A stretch of DNA of 64,000 nt. Source: Crocinitomicaceae bacterium. GTDB taxonomy: Bacteria; Bacteroidota; Bacteroidia; Flavobacteriales_D; Crocinitomicaceae. The translations under genes were made by a program, and so were the position numbers. The notes beneath the pieces were generated by a model. The model worked only from the letters and a program-made list of their open reading frames with translations. It was not told the origin of the DNA and searched no databases. Positions within the stretch are counted from its first letter, which is position 1; each line of letters begins with the position of its first letter. The stretch lies in NCBI GenBank assembly GCA_044239425.1, contig JBIIBL010000003.1:3370-67369 (forward strand), in the 5' to 3' direction. Below, piece by piece: positions 62,101-64,000 of the stretch.

Positions 62101-63414
62101 ACCCTAAAGGATTGGTGCCGTCTCCAATTCGATTTAAAATCAGGTTGCCTGGGGTAAATCCATTCACGGAAATACTACCGGATACAAATGTCCGACAGGT
62201 AGTGACGGCGTAACTTGATTGGCATACACACCCAAGGTTGCGCCTGCACCTGTAGCAAGACCTGCTGCGCCATAAGAAAGCGTAACATTTTGAATCGATT
62301 CACCGCTGATCAGACCCGAACTTGTAAATGATGTTTGCCCGGAACCACCAATGAGTACCTGACCTAGTTCTTTACTGATATCATTGGCAATAATCTGTAG
62401 GTTTTGAAGCGCAACTAAATTATTAGAACTAGAGGTAAGTACTGTTGCAGAAGGTGCACCACTGCTACTGAGTAGGAGGCAAGCGTTTTGGTTAAAAGCA
62501 CCAGAAGACTTGTTATAGATGGTCCGAATGTAAATGATAGTGCCATTCGCAAGACCTGTCAAGGAAGTGGAGCCAAAACCAGTTGTGGCTTGGGTAGAAA
62601 TTTCAAAACCAGCCTGTGGGCTGACACTAATTAGAGCGTTCCAGGTCCCGGCATTGATGGTGTAACTTACCGTATTTGAAACTGTGCCGTAGGTAGAACT
62701 GAGTGCTTGTGGCAAACTCAAATTGGCCCAAACAGGCAATAACAAACCAGAAAAACTCACGTTGTCAAAACGCCAAGAACCGGACGCCGAGTAAGATCCA
62801 TGGTTGTTACTCGAATTGGGCGAATACACCGCGCCGTCATCAGCTCTCATGTAAGCCGAGTTTGATGAAAACGGACTAGCCTGATTTGACTCATCAAAAG
62901 CAGCAGGGCTAAAAATAGAAACAATCCGTACCTGAAAATCAGGATTATTATCTGCACCAACAACTGAACTGAAGTTGACAATATAATTTTGCCAAGAATC
63001 GTGAGGTGAGAGGCCACCTGAATTAGACCAAAAATTATTGACCCAAGTATTACCTGCATCCAAACTATAATCGAGGCGTGCCCAGCGAGATGCAGGACCT
63101 GTGGCCCTTTGACTAAAAGTGAGTGAAATACCTCCATAACCAACCGTACTAACCAAGAAACCAACGCCTCTTGTGGCATTGAGCGTAGATTGATTGGCAA
63201 AATTGGTCACTTGCCAACATTTGCCATAAGTCGAAGACGGGAAGGAACTATTCAGGTTGCCCCAAACTTGAGTACTTCCTGACCCTACGTTAGGTGTTGT
63301 GTTACTATTATGGAAATCCCAGGAACTGAATACATTTTGTGCGCAAACTTGAAAGCTTGCCAAACTGATGCCAAATAAAAGCAACCGAATGATAAAGGGT
63401 AGTTTTGTTTTCAT
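59136..63414 (-). pseudogene. T9SS-secreted adhesin-like protein (about 1425 aa if contiguous), interrupted by two apparent -1 frame changes
   Basis: Three collinear ORFs: 63414-62164 (signal peptide MKTKLPFIIRLLLFGISLASFQVCAQ, no CTD), 62167-60266 (neither signal peptide nor CTD) and 60368-59136 (no signal peptide, type-A Por_Secre_tail-like CTD ...GTYFLNVHSQNQSKIYKLLLTN). Only the concatenation has both signals needed for T9SS export. Confidence 0.55.
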
Positions 63415-63557
63415 AACATACTTTTCTTTCAAAATTACCCCCGGAATTCTGCCTTCTACTTACAGATAAAAATCAAGGATTTACAAGTATTTGAGATAAG
63501 GCTTCTGAGCCCCTTTTTAAGCAAGAAACCCTGAAATATTATTGCTACTTTTCGCCA

Positions 63558-63845
63558 ATGAACGCTTTTTTACAATCTATTTCTATTCAAAAAAATCACT
63601 TCGTTTGCAAACATACCGACGAAGAACTCCTGCTCATTCCTTTAAAAGACAACGTGGCCGATTTTAATCAGTATATAGTTCTCAATGAGCTTGGCGCATG
63701 TATTTGGAACTTGATCGACGAAACAACTACCATCGCTGCACTTCAAGAAAAGATCCTGCAAGAATTTGAAGTAACAGCAGAAAAATTGCATGCGGACCTC
63801 TCTATTTTCATCCCCGAATTGCATCGCTACACTTGCGGCTCATGA
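63558..63845 (+). CDS. PqqD-family protein (RiPP recognition element-like peptide chaperone)
   Basis: 95 aa. LNELGACIWNLIDETTTIAALQEKILQEFEVTAEKLHADLSIFIPEL fits the PqqD/RRE winged-helix pattern (LN..G..IW.L.D...T...L...I...F.V......D...F...L). Confidence 0.7.
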   Translation: MNAFLQSISIQKNHFVCKHTDEELLLIPLKDNVADFNQYIVLNELGACIWNLIDETTTIAALQEKILQEFEVTAEKLHADLSIFIPELHRYTCGS

Positions 63846-64000
63846 CAACCATCGGTAGCATCTGTATTGCAGGATATCACTTTGGGCTACAAAATGACAC
63901 ACCTATTCAACTGGCATTTGAAACAGGATTTGAAGATTTCTTAACTTCTGTAGGCCCACACATTGATCGTCAACTCATTTTTAAGGAAGGTTTCACTGAT
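63842..64000 (+). CDS. unknown protein, N-terminal fragment (truncated by window edge), translationally coupled to the PqqD-like gene
   Basis: The ATG at 63842 overlaps the PqqD stop (ATGA). Manual translation gives MTTIGSICIAGYHFGLQNDTPIQLAFETGFEDFLTSVGPHIDRQLIFKEGFTD, open to the end of the window. Confidence 0.5.
   Translation, partial: MTTIGSICIAGYHFGLQNDTPIQLAFETGFEDFLTSVGPHIDRQLIFKEGFTD

Noticed and set aside
59136-63414. Programmed -1 ribosomal frameshifting as the explanation for the three-ORF adhesin gene.
   Set aside because: There is no X-XXY-YYZ slippery heptamer or obvious downstream pseudoknot or hairpin at either junction. Two independent programmed shifts in one gene would be unprecedented, so mutation or sequencing indels are the simpler explanation.

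Overview
This is a densely coding window (about 97%, no gap over about 175 nt) from a Bacteroidota chromosome, probably Flavobacteriia-like. The lineage call rests on T9SS type-A and type-B C-terminal sorting domains, a PorP/SprF gene, the tpiA / BT_3928-like / DUF1599 / folP neighbourhood, and weak or absent Shine-Dalgarno spacing. I found no rRNA, tRNA, CRISPR array, transposase or integrase. Most genes are housekeeping: queA (partial), pntAB, a DEAD-box helicase, rluF, grpE-dnaJ, clpC, gyrA, an ABC-F ATPase, rsmD, coaD, plsY, prmA, tpiA and folP. They sit in long co-directional blocks joined by ATGA/TAATG start-stop overlaps, and several convergent pairs have zero or negative spacing. The ORF track translates alternative starts (GTG/TTG) as M, so I moved several starts to internal ATGs that give canonical N-termini or 4-nt coupling overlaps. 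Regions worth a second look: (1) an uncharacterised DoxX / VF530 / vWA / ChlI-like AAA+ cassette at 5295-8515. (2) An aldehyde dehydrogenase translationally coupled to a DevABC-type exporter, behind a perfect 18-bp palindrome. (3) An envelope block at 42866-55464 with two giant secreted proteins (1581 and about 1502 aa); the first has a nested, sequon-rich tandem repeat and SPOR-like domains. (4) A T9SS cargo locus, including an adhesin-like gene of about 1425 aa split by two -1 frame changes. (5) A PqqD-like (RiPP recognition element) gene opening a cassette that runs off the 3' edge. (6) Several enzymes with visibly degenerate catalytic motifs: a DHOase-like protein lacking HxH, a TlpA-like fold with a single Cys, an ABC-F with a dead second Walker A, and a DnaJ with two of four zinc motifs. 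All functional calls come from motif recognition by eye; no database search was run.
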